Shown: positions 19,909 through 29,890, numbered from the stretch's first letter. The stretch is DNA of 64,000 nt from an uncultured Acidobacteriota bacterium (GCA_963813155.1 CAWEYG010000001.1:79058-143057), one strand, 5' to 3'. Notes: a model not told the origin generated them from the sequence alone. Numbers and translations are program-made.

Positions 19909-20795
19909 GCCGCGCCGACGGGCTCGGGTTGGGCGAGGGGAAATCCCTGCTCCTCCCTCGACGCGAGATGAGCCCTCGCGACGGCACACGCGAGATCCCG
20001 GACCCTGCGGATCGCGGTGACGCGTTCGGTTGCCGAGATCGCGCCGCGCGCGTCGAGAAGGTTGAACTGGTGCGAGCAGAGGAGCGCGGCCTCGTACGCG
20101 GGAATCACGAGCCCGGCCGCGAGAGCGAGCTTCGCCTCGCGCTCCGAGCGGTCGAACATCGTCTGAGCCCACTCCGTGTCGGCGATCTCGAAGGCGTACT
20201 TCGAAAGCTCGACTTCTTCGTGCCGCCGGATCTGCCCGTACGTGAGGCGGTCGTTCCAGAGGACGTCGAAGATGGAGCTCGCCTTGCACAGGAACATCGC
20301 GATCCGCTCGACGCCGTAGGTGATCTCGGCGGAAACCGGCGCGAGATCGATCCCGCCGGCCTGCTGGAAATACGTGAACTGGGAAATCTCCATTCCGTCC
20401 ATGAGGACCTGCCAGCCGACGCCCCAGGCGCCGAGCGTGGGAGATTCCCAGTTGTCCTCCTCGAATCGAATGTCATGGTCGGCGAGGTCGACGCCGAGCC
20501 GCTGCAGGCTCCTGAGGTAGACGTCCTGCACGTCCTCCGGCGAGGGCTTGAGAACCACCTGATACTGGAAGTACTTGCCGAGGCGAAAAGGGTTCTCGCC
20601 GTAGCGGCCGTCGGCCGGACGGCGCGAGGGCTGGGCATACGCGCAACGCCACGGTTCGGGCCCGAGAACCCGGAGAAACGTGTCGGGGTGCATCGTCCCC
20701 GCGCCCATCGGAAGATCAAACGGCTGCTGGATCAGGCACCCTTCGGCCTCCCAGAAAGTCTGGAGACCGGAGAGAACTTTTTGAAGCGTGATCAC
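19905..20795 (-). CDS. glyQ: glycine--tRNA ligase alpha subunit
   Basis: [27 protein letters not shown]...[22 protein letters not shown], highly conserved GlyQ. Overlaps glyS by 4 nt. Confidence 0.95.
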   Translation of the reverse strand: MITLQKVLSGLQTFWEAEGCLIQQPFDLPMGAGTMHPDTFLRVLGPEPWRCAYAQPSRRPADGRYGENPFRLGKYFQYQVVLKPSPEDVQDVYLRSLQRLGVDLADHDIRFEEDNWESPTLGAWGVGWQVLMDGMEISQFTYFQQAGGIDLAPVSAEITYGVERIAMFLCKASSIFDVLWNDRLTYGQIRRHEEVELSKYAFEIADTEWAQTMFDRSEREAKLALAAGLVIPAYEAALLCSHQFNLLDARGAISATERVTAIRRVRDLACAVARAHLASREEQGFPLAQPEPVGAA

Positions 20796-20846
20796 GCTTC
20801 AAAATATAGCATGTCGCCCCCGCGCGCCGGCGTCGCCGCGGGTTCC

Positions 20847-21581
20847 TCACCACAACTGCGAGAGCACGCGCTGCGACTTGAGCTCGTGGCCGAGAAAGTG
20901 GCGCCGCACCCGCCCGAGAATGTCGCCGATCTCGGGAAGGGACGGCCCGCCGATCGCGAGCGCGTCGAGCGGCCGCGAGAGAATCGCCGAAATTCCTTCC
21001 GAGGCGGCGCGAGTGAGCTTCCGCGACCCGGGCCGCGCGCATTCGCCGCCGAGAAATCCGGGGAGCGACTCGTCGAAGTAAAACGGCGCCGCGAGATCGG
21101 GCCTCCCGCACTGGGCGCACGCCGAGGGCGGAGGAAGCACTCCCGAAAGGCGCAGCACCCACGCGTCGAAATACACCGCGACGACGCGGGGCGGCAGGCC
21201 GCCGAACAGCGCGTCCATCGCGTGGCGGGCGAGGCGAAAGAACTTCTCCGACGGATCCGAATCCGAAACGAACGTGATCAGCGATTCCGCGAGGGCCGAG
21301 AGGAGGAGTCCCGTGCGCAGGTCCGAGGCGAGCGGAAACGACGAGCGCACGAGCTCGAGCGAATCGAGTCGGTGGAGGTCGCGGCCCTCCTTCTCGAAGG
21401 AAATCACCTCCGCCTCGCTCATGGGCTCGAGAGCGCCGGAGAACGCGCTCTGCAGCCGGCGCGCGCCCCGCGCGACGACGCGCTTCTTTCCGGCTTCTTC
21501 CGTCAGCAGCGTCACGATGCGGTCCTTCTCGCGCAGCGGGACCGCGCTCAGGACGAAGGCTTTGTGGCGGACGAGGGGCAC
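20847..21581 (-). CDS. recO: DNA repair protein RecO
   Basis: 244 aa. N-terminal OB fold (KAFVLSAVPLREKDRIVTLLT). C-terminal zinc motif CAQCGRP...GGECARPG. Confidence 0.85.
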   Translation of the reverse strand: MPLVRHKAFVLSAVPLREKDRIVTLLTEEAGKKRVVARGARRLQSAFSGALEPMSEAEVISFEKEGRDLHRLDSLELVRSSFPLASDLRTGLLLSALAESLITFVSDSDPSEKFFRLARHAMDALFGGLPPRVVAVYFDAWVLRLSGVLPPPSACAQCGRPDLAAPFYFDESLPGFLGGECARPGSRKLTRAASEGISAILSRPLDALAIGGPSLPEIGDILGRVRRHFLGHELKSQRVLSQLW

Positions 21582-21617
21582 GAGCTCATGCTATCTCGCG
21601 GTGATAGCCTGCCCGTC

Positions 21618-22811
21618 ATGGCCGCGACGCGCCGGCGCTTCCTCGATCTCGACGCGATCGTCATTTCGCTCGGGTTCGTTTCGCTCTTCAACGACATCGC
21701 CTCCGAGATGATCTATCCCCTCCTGCCGTCGTTTCTCGCGGTGACGCTCGGGGCCGGCCCCGCCGCGATCGGAATCGTCGAGGGCGTCGCCGAATCCACC
21801 GCGTCCCTGGGAAAGGGGCTCTTCGGGTGGCTCTCCGACCGCAGGGGCCGCCGCAAGCCGTTCGTCGCGGCGGGGTACGCGGCGTCGGTCTTCGCGCGTC
21901 CCCTCCTTTCCGCCGCCCCCGGCTGGGGAGCGGTTCTCGGAATCCGTTTCCTGGATCGCGTCGGAAAGGGCGTCCGGACCGCGCCGCGGGACTCGATGAT
22001 CGCCGCGGCGGTCGAACCGGGACGGCGCGGCCTCGCTTACGGATTCGACCGCGCGATGGACAACGCCGGGGCCATGATCGGACCGCTCGTCGCGGCCCTG
22101 CTGCTGCGATTCGCGTTCAAGAGCGTCCGGCCGGTCTTCGCGCTTTCGATCGTCCCCGGGCTGATCGCCCTCGGATTTCTCCAGTTCGGCGCGAAGGAGA
22201 AACATTCGCCTCCGCCGGCCGTGAACGCTCCACGGCCGCCCGGGGACGGGGCTCTGTCGAGACGCTTTCTCTTCCTGATCGCGATCTTCGCCTTCTTCGG
22301 GCTCGCGAGCTCCACCGACGCGTTCCTGCTTCTCCGGGCGCAGCAGTGCGGAGTTCCCCTCTGGGCGGTGCCCCTGCTGTGGGCCGCTTTCAACGGAGTG
22401 AAGGCCGCGGCGAGCACGCCGCTCGGCTCCCTGGCGGATCGAATCGGGAGGACTCCCTCGATTCTGCTCGGCTGGGGAGTCTACGCGGGGAGCTATTTCG
22501 GCTTCGCCCTCGCGCGCTCGCCGCAGGCGGCCTGGGCGCTTTTTTTGACTTATGCACTTTTTTACGCCCTGACGGAAGGCCCCGAACGGGCGCTCGTCGC
22601 CGGGATGGCCGGGGAGAGCTCCCGAGGGCGGGCATTCGGCCTGTTCCACATGACGCAGGGAATCGTGGCCCTTCCGGCCTCGGTAGTATTCGGGCTCCTC
22701 TGGCGAAAGTTCGGCCCGGCGGTCGCGTTCGAGACGGGCGCGGCGGTCGCGGCCGCGGCGGCCCTGCTTCTGGCTGTCTTCGCAATCGGACAGTCCCGGG
22801 GCAAGAAATGA
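21618..22811 (+). CDS. MFS transporter (12 TM helices)
   Basis: 398 aa. MFS signature regions GWLSDRRGRRKP and GLASSTDAFLLLRAQQ. The N-terminal part of the 960-aa track ORF is antisense read-through of glyQ/recO. Confidence 0.85.
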   Translation: MAATRRRFLDLDAIVISLGFVSLFNDIASEMIYPLLPSFLAVTLGAGPAAIGIVEGVAESTASLGKGLFGWLSDRRGRRKPFVAAGYAASVFARPLLSAAPGWGAVLGIRFLDRVGKGVRTAPRDSMIAAAVEPGRRGLAYGFDRAMDNAGAMIGPLVAALLLRFAFKSVRPVFALSIVPGLIALGFLQFGAKEKHSPPPAVNAPRPPGDGALSRRFLFLIAIFAFFGLASSTDAFLLLRAQQCGVPLWAVPLLWAAFNGVKAAASTPLGSLADRIGRTPSILLGWGVYAGSYFGFALARSPQAAWALFLTYALFYALTEGPERALVAGMAGESSRGRAFGLFHMTQGIVALPASVVFGLLWRKFGPAVAFETGAAVAAAAALLLAVFAIGQSRGKK

Positions 22812-22837
22812 GGAACCTTTTGCGTCCCTCCTCCGTA
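22812..22837 (+). promoter_or_regulatory. candidate ECF-type promoter (GGAAC-17nt-CGTA) plus hairpin that can sequester the RBS
   Basis: aGGAACcttttgcgtccctcctcCGTAtc lies about 20 nt upstream of ATG 22857. CCCTCCT...AGGAGGG can pair across the Shine-Dalgarno. Confidence 0.3.
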
Positions 22838-22856
22838 TCAAGGAGGGGGCAAGGAT

Positions 22857-23372
22857 ATGAAACGTCGCGAGCTCGAAAAAGCGCTGCTAGTCCTGGAAAC
22901 GACGCCTCTTCTCCTGAAGCAGGTCGAGGGGTTTTCGACCGCTCGGGCGGCCCGCGACCGCGGGGACGGGGTATCGGCGCGCGACCGGATCTGGGCCCTG
23001 GCGCTCCTCGAAAAGGACCTCTGGAACCGGAGCATCCGCCTTCTCCTCTCGGAGGATTCGCCGCGCCTCCTCGAGGTCTGCGAGCCCGAGATCTTCTTGA
23101 GGGCGGCCCGAATGCCGGGAGACCACCGGGAAGCACTGCGCGCTTTCGGGGTCTTCCGGGGACAAAACGTCCGCCTTCTGAGACAGGTCTCGGGACGCGA
23201 ATGGGATCGCCGCGGTTTCTTTGAAACGGACCGTCCCTTGATCCTCCGGGACGTGCCGGCCTCGATGGTGAAAACGGACGAACGACATCAATCGAAGCTC
23301 CTCCAGGCCCTCCCGGACGCCGAAAGCCGGCGGGAATCCCGTTCGACGGCCCTGGCCGGCTTCTGCGCCTGA
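22857..23372 (+). CDS. hypothetical protein (171 aa), possibly DinB/YfiT-like helical bundle
   Basis: Strong RBS AGGAGGGGG 8 nt upstream of the ATG. No recognisable catalytic motifs. The overlapping minus-strand ORFs 22887..23555 and 23288..26434 (5' part) are read-through artefacts. Confidence 0.55.
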   Translation: MKRRELEKALLVLETTPLLLKQVEGFSTARAARDRGDGVSARDRIWALALLEKDLWNRSIRLLLSEDSPRLLEVCEPEIFLRAARMPGDHREALRAFGVFRGQNVRLLRQVSGREWDRRGFFETDRPLILRDVPASMVKTDERHQSKLLQALPDAESRRESRSTALAGFCA

Positions 23373-23426
23373 AAAGAGATCGATTCCGCGGTCCGTTCCC
23401 CCCACCCCTTCACCCTTTCTTCGAAT

Positions 23427-23441
23427 AGGCATAAGCTTTGC
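23427..23441 (+). promoter_or_regulatory. possible sigma54 -24/-12 element (AGGCAT-N5-TTGC)
   Basis: aGGCATaagctTTGCT with GG/GC at the canonical 12-nt register, 57 nt upstream of ATG 23498. Confidence 0.3.
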
Positions 23442-23497
23442 TCGGGACTGGCCGTAGGATTTCGTGATTGGATGATGAGAGTACGAAAGGACGCTGC

Positions 23498-24502
23498 ATG
23501 AAAAAGACGATTCTTGCCGGAGTCTGTGCCCTGGCCTCGCTTCCCCTGCTCGCAACGGAGCTCAATCCTTCCCCCAAGACCGTGCGCCCCGCCCAACTGA
23601 TCGGCGTGCACCGCACGGACGCCGGGCGAGTCCGGCACGCGCTGGACCCCTCGCAGAACGAGGGAGTCAACGTCGACGTCATCGGCCGCCTGGCGGGCGG
23701 CGGAGGCATCCTGTTCAAGACTTCGCTCGACGTCTCGAACAACACGACCGATGCGACGCGAGTGGACTTTTTTGCCGAGCTGAAAGATTCGGCGAACGGA
23801 AATTTCTTCGAGGTCACGGGAAGCATCGCGAATTCCGGAGTCACCTCTCCGGGCGGCGGCCAGCTCCTGGACCTCTCGGTTGCGCATTTCGACGACTTCA
23901 TCGACGCGCTTCGGGTATCCGGCGGGGTGAGCGCGCAGGAGGAGGCGGACGGCCTGCTCGGGTCGCTCGTCCTGGAGTTTTTCGGGTTCTCTCCGGCTCT
24001 GGGCAAGGCCTCGGCGGAGGCTCGCTTCTACAGCACGGTCCCCGCGGGCAATGGATCCTTCTCGGGAGGAACGATCGGCGTCTCGGCGAACGGCCACGAG
24101 TTCACCGACTCGGAGCCCACTAGCCTCGTCGGCATCGTCCGCAACTCGCTTGGAGAGGCGAACACGCCGCAGATCTACACGAACTTCTTCATCTGCAACG
24201 AGGGGTTCGTCGATCCTGTCAACGGCCTCACGGGAAACACGGTCACGCTCCGACTGACGGGATATTCGAACAAGGACGGCAGCGTCACGGGAACGCTCAC
24301 GCTTCCCCCGGTCGCGTGGGGCCAGACGACGGTCGTCTCCGACGTCTTCACGGCGCTCGGCGGGAATCACGCGAAGGACGACACGCTGCTCGTCTTCGTC
24401 GACATCACGAGCGGAAACTCGGCAATCTCCGGTCTCGCTTCGAAGAACGATAACCTGACGAAGGACCCCTCGGCCGCGCAACTGCGCCCCGCGAATTTCT
24501 AG
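23498..24502 (+). CDS. secreted hypothetical protein (334 aa), Gly/Ser/Thr/Asn-rich, no recognisable homology
   Basis: Signal peptide MKKTILAGVCALASLPLLA. RBS GAAAGGA. Followed by an intrinsic terminator. Confidence 0.6.
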   Translation: MKKTILAGVCALASLPLLATELNPSPKTVRPAQLIGVHRTDAGRVRHALDPSQNEGVNVDVIGRLAGGGGILFKTSLDVSNNTTDATRVDFFAELKDSANGNFFEVTGSIANSGVTSPGGGQLLDLSVAHFDDFIDALRVSGGVSAQEEADGLLGSLVLEFFGFSPALGKASAEARFYSTVPAGNGSFSGGTIGVSANGHEFTDSEPTSLVGIVRNSLGEANTPQIYTNFFICNEGFVDPVNGLTGNTVTLRLTGYSNKDGSVTGTLTLPPVAWGQTTVVSDVFTALGGNHAKDDTLLVFVDITSGNSAISGLASKNDNLTKDPSAAQLRPANF

Positions 24503-24525
24503 AAGCTCGGCCTCCGAGATTCTCA

Positions 24526-24553
24526 GGGCCCGCGAGAGCGGGCCCTTTTTCTT
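24526..24553. terminator. bidirectional intrinsic terminator (GGGCCCGC-GAGA-GCGGGCCC + TTTTTCTT) between convergent genes
   Basis: Perfect 8-bp GC stem with GAGA tetraloop and a U-tract on the + strand. Serves the 23498 gene (+) and probably cstA (-). Confidence 0.6.
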
Positions 24554-24555
24554 CG

Positions 24556-26424
24556 CTAGCAGCAGCCGTCCGGCATTTGCGGCGTCCCGACCGCCCCGGA
24601 AGACGAGGCCGCTTCTTCCAGAGGCGGCGGCCCGGTCGCCGCGCCGGGATTCCGCAACAGGCGGCGCCAGACGCGCGCGGACGAGACGAGGATCGAGACG
24701 ACGCAGACAATCAGCACGGCGGTCAGGGTCGAGTCGAGCCATCCCGTGAACGCCTTGCCGGGGATCGCCGCCATCGGGAGAAAATTGTCGCGAATCGACA
24801 GGATTCCGGCATCGATCGTCGTGAACGAAACGAAAGCGAGGGGAACGAGAGTCACGAGGGCAGCGCGAGTCCGGCCGCTCTTCAGGATCACGGTCGTTCC
24901 GATCGAGAGCGCGATTGCGGCGAGGAGCTGGTTCGCGATCCCGAACATCGGCCAGATCTGCGAGATCGATCCCGTCAGAATGAAGTAGGTCCAACCTCCC
25001 ACGACGAGAAGGGTCGCGACGAGAGTCCCGGGAAGCCAGTCGGTCTTCTCGAATTTCGGAAACGCAAGTCCGAGGAATTCCTGGACCAGGAAGCGTCCCA
25101 CGCGGGTCCCCGTGTCGATCGTCGTGAGGATGAACAGCGCCTCGAACATGATCGCGAAGTGGTACCAGTACGACATCAGGCCCTTCAGGAAGGGAAGCCC
25201 CGAAAAGATCCGGGCGAACCCGATCGCGAGCGAAACGGCCCCTCCCGCGCGCCCGGCGACGGATTCCCCGACCTGCCGGGAGAGCTCCGGCAGGTCGACC
25301 GGCGTCATCCCGAGCGTCGCGAATTTCGCGGGCGCCACGTTGATCGCGAAATAGTCCGCCGGGTGCAGGGAGCACACGGCGACGAGCGCGACGACGCCGA
25401 CGAGGCCTTCCATCAGCATCGCGCCGTAGCCGATCATCCGCGCGTCGGATTCGCGGTCGAGCATCTTCGGCGTCGTGCCGGAAGCGACGAGGGCGTGGAA
25501 CCCCGAGATCGCTCCGCACGCGATCGTGATGAAGACGAACGGAAAGACCTTTCCGGGGATGATCGGCCCGCCTCCGTGAACGAAAGCCGAGATCGCGGGC
25601 GCCTGAATCTTCGGCGCGACGACGAACGCGCCGGCAACGAGGACCGCGATCGTCCCGAGCTTCATGTAGCTCGACAGGTAATCGCGCGGACATAGCAGCA
25701 TCCAGACGGGAAGGACCGACGCGATGAAACCGTACGCGGCCATGCCGAAGGTGATCTGCGTGCGCGTCAGGGTGAACGCGGCTTCCATCGGCGAACCGGG
25801 GATGAAGCGGCCGAGCACGACGGCCGCGAGCGTGAGGACCACGCCGATCGCCGAGCCGGAGCGAAGCGCGCCTTTTCTCCAGCGGTACATGTAGAAGCCC
25901 ACGAAGATCGCGATCGGAATCGTCGCGGCAATCGTGAAGGTCCCCCAGGGAGACTCCGCGAGCGCGTTGACGACCGCGACGCCGAGGCCTGCGAGCGCGA
26001 TGACGATGATCGCGAGGATCGCGATCGCCGCCGTCACTCCGGCCGCTGGCCCGATTTCGCTCCGCGTGATCTCCGCCAGGGACTTTCCCTTCCGGCGAAC
26101 CGACGCGACGAGAATCACGAAGTCCTGGGTGGCGCCGGCGAAAACGACGCCGAACAGGAGCCACAGAAACCCGGGAAGGTAGCCGAACTGCGCCGCGAGG
26201 ACGGGGCCGATCAAGGGGCCCGCGCCGGCGATTGCGGCGAAATGGTGGCCGAAGAGCACGTACTTGTTCGTCGCGACGTAGTTCTTGCCGTCCGCCATCG
26301 CGTGCGCCGGGGTCGGCCGCGCGTCCGAAAGTGCGAGAACGCGCGCCGCCAGGAACGCCGAGTAGTAGCGATACGCGATCGCGAGGACGGCGAGCGCCGC
26401 GAGCATCAGCCAGAGCGCGTTCAT
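24556..26424 (-). CDS. cstA: carbon starvation protein A (CstA family peptide/pyruvate transporter)
   Basis: 622 aa polytopic membrane protein. [29 protein letters not shown]...[27 protein letters not shown], characteristic CstA N-terminus. Confidence 0.9.
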   Translation of the reverse strand: MNALWLMLAALAVLAIAYRYYSAFLAARVLALSDARPTPAHAMADGKNYVATNKYVLFGHHFAAIAGAGPLIGPVLAAQFGYLPGFLWLLFGVVFAGATQDFVILVASVRRKGKSLAEITRSEIGPAAGVTAAIAILAIIVIALAGLGVAVVNALAESPWGTFTIAATIPIAIFVGFYMYRWRKGALRSGSAIGVVLTLAAVVLGRFIPGSPMEAAFTLTRTQITFGMAAYGFIASVLPVWMLLCPRDYLSSYMKLGTIAVLVAGAFVVAPKIQAPAISAFVHGGGPIIPGKVFPFVFITIACGAISGFHALVASGTTPKMLDRESDARMIGYGAMLMEGLVGVVALVAVCSLHPADYFAINVAPAKFATLGMTPVDLPELSRQVGESVAGRAGGAVSLAIGFARIFSGLPFLKGLMSYWYHFAIMFEALFILTTIDTGTRVGRFLVQEFLGLAFPKFEKTDWLPGTLVATLLVVGGWTYFILTGSISQIWPMFGIANQLLAAIALSIGTTVILKSGRTRAALVTLVPLAFVSFTTIDAGILSIRDNFLPMAAIPGKAFTGWLDSTLTAVLIVCVVSILVSSARVWRRLLRNPGAATGPPPLEEAASSSGAVGTPQMPDGCC

Positions 26425-26465
26425 GGCGCGGCATTATGGCGCAGAAGGAGCGCTAAGATTCCCTC

Positions 26466-26840
26466 ATGGTTCAGCCTCGCGAATTCCGGTATTCCGACAT
26501 CCCCTCTGACCCGCGCGAACTTGCGAAGGACTGCGAGATCTCGTTCTTTCGCGCGTCCGGGCCGGGCGGGCAGCATCGAAACAAGACGGAAACGGCTGTC
26601 CGGGTCGTGCACCTGCCCACCGGCGTCATCGCGGCCGCGGTCGAGGAACGCAGCCAGTCTCGCAACCGCGAGCGGGCATTCGAGCGCCTTCGGGAGAAGC
26701 TCATCCGAAAATTGAAGCCGCGAAAGCCGCGCCGGGAAACGAAAGTCCCGCGGTCGGCGAAGGAAAAACGGCTCGAAGCGAAGATCCGGCGGAGCCGGAC
26801 GAAAGAATTGAGGTCTATTCCCCGAGCTTCTCTCGATTGA
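26466..26840 (+). CDS. arfB: alternative ribosome-rescue factor ArfB (peptidyl-tRNA hydrolase, GGQ motif)
   Basis: GPGGQHRNKTETAVRVVHLPTG followed by a basic C-terminal tail (KLKPRKPRRETKVPRSAKEKRLEAKIRRSR). Confidence 0.85.
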   Translation: MVQPREFRYSDIPSDPRELAKDCEISFFRASGPGGQHRNKTETAVRVVHLPTGVIAAAVEERSQSRNRERAFERLREKLIRKLKPRKPRRETKVPRSAKEKRLEAKIRRSRTKELRSIPRASLD

Positions 26841-28176
26841 GCCCGTAGTGCTCGAGCTTCTTGTAGAGGTTCGACCGCGGCGTTTGAATCGTCTCGGCCG
26901 TCCGGGAAACGTTCCAGTTGTTCTCGCGGAGTTTTGCGAGAAGAAATTCGCGCTCCGTGTATTCCTTGAAGTCCGCGAGCGTCGACATGCGCGACGCCTG
27001 CCCGGCGAGCTCCCTCGGCGAAAACTGGGATTCGGAAGGAATTTCCGCGGCCGTGACGGGATCGGCCTCCGTCATGATCAGAACGCGCTCCACGAGATTC
27101 CGGAGCTCGCGCACATTTCCCGGCCAGGATCGCCCGGCCAGGGCGTCGAGCGCGCTCTTGTGGAACGTACGCCGGCGAACGCCGTTGCGCTCCGCGTACA
27201 CGGCGGCGAAATGCTCGACGAGCGGCACCGCGTCCTCCGGCCGTTCGCGCAGGGGGGCGATGTGCAGCGGCACGACGTTCAGGCGAAAATAGAGATCTTC
27301 CCGAAACGATCCCTTTCGGATCTCGTCAACGAGGTTCTTGTTCGTGGCCGCGATCACGCGGACCTTCACTTTCTGAGTCTTCGATTGGCCGACGGGCTCG
27401 ACCTCGCCCTCCTGCAGCACCCTCAGGACTTTCGCCTGGGCGCGAGCCGACATGTCGCCGACCTCGTCCAGAAAGATCGTCCCTCCGTCGGCCTCGACGA
27501 ACTTCCCGATCTGCTTGCGGACCGCTCCCGTGAACGACCCCTTCTCGTGGCCGAACAACTCGGATTCGATGAGCTCCTCGGGAATCGCCGCGCAGTTCAC
27601 CGTCACGAACGGCCCCTGGGACAGCCGCGAGAGCCGCTGGACCTGGCGCGCGAGGAGCTCCTTGCCGGTTCCCGACTCCCCCGTGACGAGAACGGTCGCG
27701 TCGGACGGGGCCGCCCGCGCGACCTGCTCGTTGAGCCTGCGCACGGAGTCGCTCGCCCCGACGAAAGAATCTTCGATCTCGACTCGGCGCTTGAGCCGGA
27801 CGTTCTCGCGGGCCAGATGGTCGCGCGACACCGCGTTCCGAAGAGAGACGAGCAGGCGCTCGCGCTGAAGGGGCTTCTCGAGGAAATCCACCGCGCCTCG
27901 CTTCGTGCACTCGACAGCCGTCGCGATATCTCCGTGCCCGGAGATCATCAGAACCGGTGGAGGATTCTCGAGCCGCTGGATCTCGTCGAGGGCCTCCATC
28001 CCGTCCTTTCCGGGCATCTTGATGTCGAGCAGCACCGCGTCGGGCCGCCGGGCGTCGATTTCCGAAAGCCCGGAGACGGCGTCCGGAGCGGACGCCGTCT
28101 CGTAGCCGTCGTATTCCAGGATCATCTTGATCGCCTGACGCACCGACGCGTCGTCGTCGACGATGAGAACCCGCAT
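26815..28176 (-). CDS. sigma54-dependent response regulator, NtrC/ZraR family (REC + AAA+ + Fis HTH)
   Basis: MRVLIVDDD...LLDIKMPGKDG. GESGTGKE. ESELFGHEKGSFTGA. GGTIFLDEV. C-terminal HTH TAETIQTPRSNLYKKL. The 3' end overlaps arfB convergently by 26 nt. Confidence 0.9.
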   Translation of the reverse strand: MRVLIVDDDASVRQAIKMILEYDGYETASAPDAVSGLSEIDARRPDAVLLDIKMPGKDGMEALDEIQRLENPPPVLMISGHGDIATAVECTKRGAVDFLEKPLQRERLLVSLRNAVSRDHLARENVRLKRRVEIEDSFVGASDSVRRLNEQVARAAPSDATVLVTGESGTGKELLARQVQRLSRLSQGPFVTVNCAAIPEELIESELFGHEKGSFTGAVRKQIGKFVEADGGTIFLDEVGDMSARAQAKVLRVLQEGEVEPVGQSKTQKVKVRVIAATNKNLVDEIRKGSFREDLYFRLNVVPLHIAPLRERPEDAVPLVEHFAAVYAERNGVRRRTFHKSALDALAGRSWPGNVRELRNLVERVLIMTEADPVTAAEIPSESQFSPRELAGQASRMSTLADFKEYTEREFLLAKLRENNWNVSRTAETIQTPRSNLYKKLEHYGLNREKLGE

Positions 28177-28196
28177 CGGCCGGCTGATCCCGGGCC

Positions 28197-29744
28197 CTAC
28201 TCGCCGACTTTGACGATCGCGAAGAACGAGAACGGACGCTGGCCGAAGCGCCGCACGTAAAAACGCAGGTAATCGCCCTTCTTCGCGTCGCGGACGACCC
28301 GCGAGAGCTCTTCGGCGGAAGCGACCTTGTGGCCGTTGACTTCGGTGATCACGTCGCCTTCCGCCAGCCCGGCATCGTTCGCCGCCGACACTTCGGAGAC
28401 TCCCGTGACGAGGACGCCCGCGACGCTCGGCTCGATCCGGTAGTACTGGCGCCCCTGCGGCGTCAGGTCCTGGACGGAGAGGCCGATTTTTTCCTTCGCG
28501 CCGCCCTCGTTCTCGGGAGCAGCCGTGTCGTTGGATGCCTGGTCGCCCCGGCGCTCCCCGAGCTCGACGGTGAGGTCCTGCATCCTCCCTCCGCGGTTGA
28601 CGGCGAGGCGCACCCGGGCGCCCGGAGGCCTGCCCGACACGTACGAGATGAGGTCCTGCGTCGTGACGACCTCGCGGTCGTCGACCTTCAGGATGACGTC
28701 GCCGTGCTGAACGCCCGCCTTGTCGGCCGGCTGGCCCGGCTCGACCGACTCCACGAGAGCGCCGTTCATGTCCTTGAGGCCGAACGCTTTCATGTTGTCT
28801 TCGTCGAGGTTGCGGATGTTCACTCCCAGGAAGCCGCGCGTGACCTTGCCCTTCGTCTTGAGCTGGTCGAGGATCGACCGGGCCGTGTTGATCGGCACCG
28901 CGAACCCGATGTTCTGGGCCGGACGGTAAATCGCGGTGTTGATGCCGATGACTTCGCCCTCGAGATCGATGAGCGGCCCGCCCGAGTTGCCGAAGTTGAT
29001 CGCGGCGTCGGTCTGGATGAAATTTTCGAACGAGTTCGTGTTCGGATCCAGCGTCAGGTTGTGCCGGCCTTTGGCCGAGACGACGCCGACGGTCACCGTC
29101 TTGTCGAATGCCCAGGGATCGCCGATCGCCATCACCCAGTCGCCGACGCGAATCTTGTCGGAATCCCCGAGCGAAATCGGCGTGAGGCGCTCCTTCGCGT
29201 CGATCTTGATGAGCGCGATGTCGGTCGCGGGATCGGTGCCCACGACCTTCGCCCGATAGGTGTGCTGGTCGCCGACTTTGACCTCGATTTTCTGACCGCT
29301 CTCGACGACGTGGTTGTTCGTCAGGATGTACCCGTCCTGCGAAATGATGAAGCCGGACCCTCCGGCCTCTTCCTTGTGCTCCTGTTGCTGGTCCTGGCCC
29401 TGCCCCGGACCGCCCTGGCCCGGATGCGGAAATCCGAAGAAGAATTCGAACGGATCCTGTCCGTCTCCTCCTCCAAACGGGTTCTGGCCCCCGGAACGGC
29501 GGCGAGGCCCCTTCACGATGTCGGTCGAAGTGATCGAAACGACCGACGGCAGGGCTTCGGCGGCCACGTCGGAAAAAGATGGCAGGTTCCCGGCCGAGGT
29601 CGCCCGTGTCGGCGCGCTGTGCGGCGACTTCTGAGCCAGCGTCTCCGGGGTCCAGTTCGTCGAACTGGCCAGCACGACTCCGAAAATGATCGCCCCCGCG
29701 ATGAGGGCAAAAAAGGAGAGTTGTCTTTTCGCACTCGCGTTCAT
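28197..29744 (-). CDS. degP: Do/DegP/HtrA-family periplasmic serine endoprotease (trypsin domain + 2 PDZ)
   Basis: Catalytic triad context TNNHVV, DIALIK, GNSGGPL. Two PDZ domains. Signal/TM at the N-terminus. ATG 29744 with GGGGG RBS. The track TTG at 29768 is probably not the start. Confidence 0.9.
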   Translation of the reverse strand: MNASAKRQLSFFALIAGAIIFGVVLASSTNWTPETLAQKSPHSAPTRATSAGNLPSFSDVAAEALPSVVSITSTDIVKGPRRRSGGQNPFGGGDGQDPFEFFFGFPHPGQGGPGQGQDQQQEHKEEAGGSGFIISQDGYILTNNHVVESGQKIEVKVGDQHTYRAKVVGTDPATDIALIKIDAKERLTPISLGDSDKIRVGDWVMAIGDPWAFDKTVTVGVVSAKGRHNLTLDPNTNSFENFIQTDAAINFGNSGGPLIDLEGEVIGINTAIYRPAQNIGFAVPINTARSILDQLKTKGKVTRGFLGVNIRNLDEDNMKAFGLKDMNGALVESVEPGQPADKAGVQHGDVILKVDDREVVTTQDLISYVSGRPPGARVRLAVNRGGRMQDLTVELGERRGDQASNDTAAPENEGGAKEKIGLSVQDLTPQGRQYYRIEPSVAGVLVTGVSEVSAANDAGLAEGDVITEVNGHKVASAEELSRVVRDAKKGDYLRFYVRRFGQRPFSFFAIVKVGE

Positions 29745-29816
29745 CAAGTTTTTCCCCCTACCTTTCAACGGCGCTCAATTCTAGCCCAGCGACTCCGCCG
29801 GCTCGCGCTCTGGAGT

Positions 29817-29832
29817 AGCAACGCCGATGCCA
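29817..29832 (-). promoter_or_regulatory. sigma54 promoter (TGGCAT-N5-TTGCT) upstream of degP and the NtrC-like regulator
   Basis: On the minus strand ggaTGGCATcggcgTTGCTact, about 72 nt upstream of the degP ATG. GG and GC lie at the canonical 12-nt spacing. Confidence 0.55.
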
Positions 29833-29890
29833 TCCTAAATCATTCCAGGAAATGGAAGTTGTCGAGCGGGCACGTCAAATCGGCGTACTT

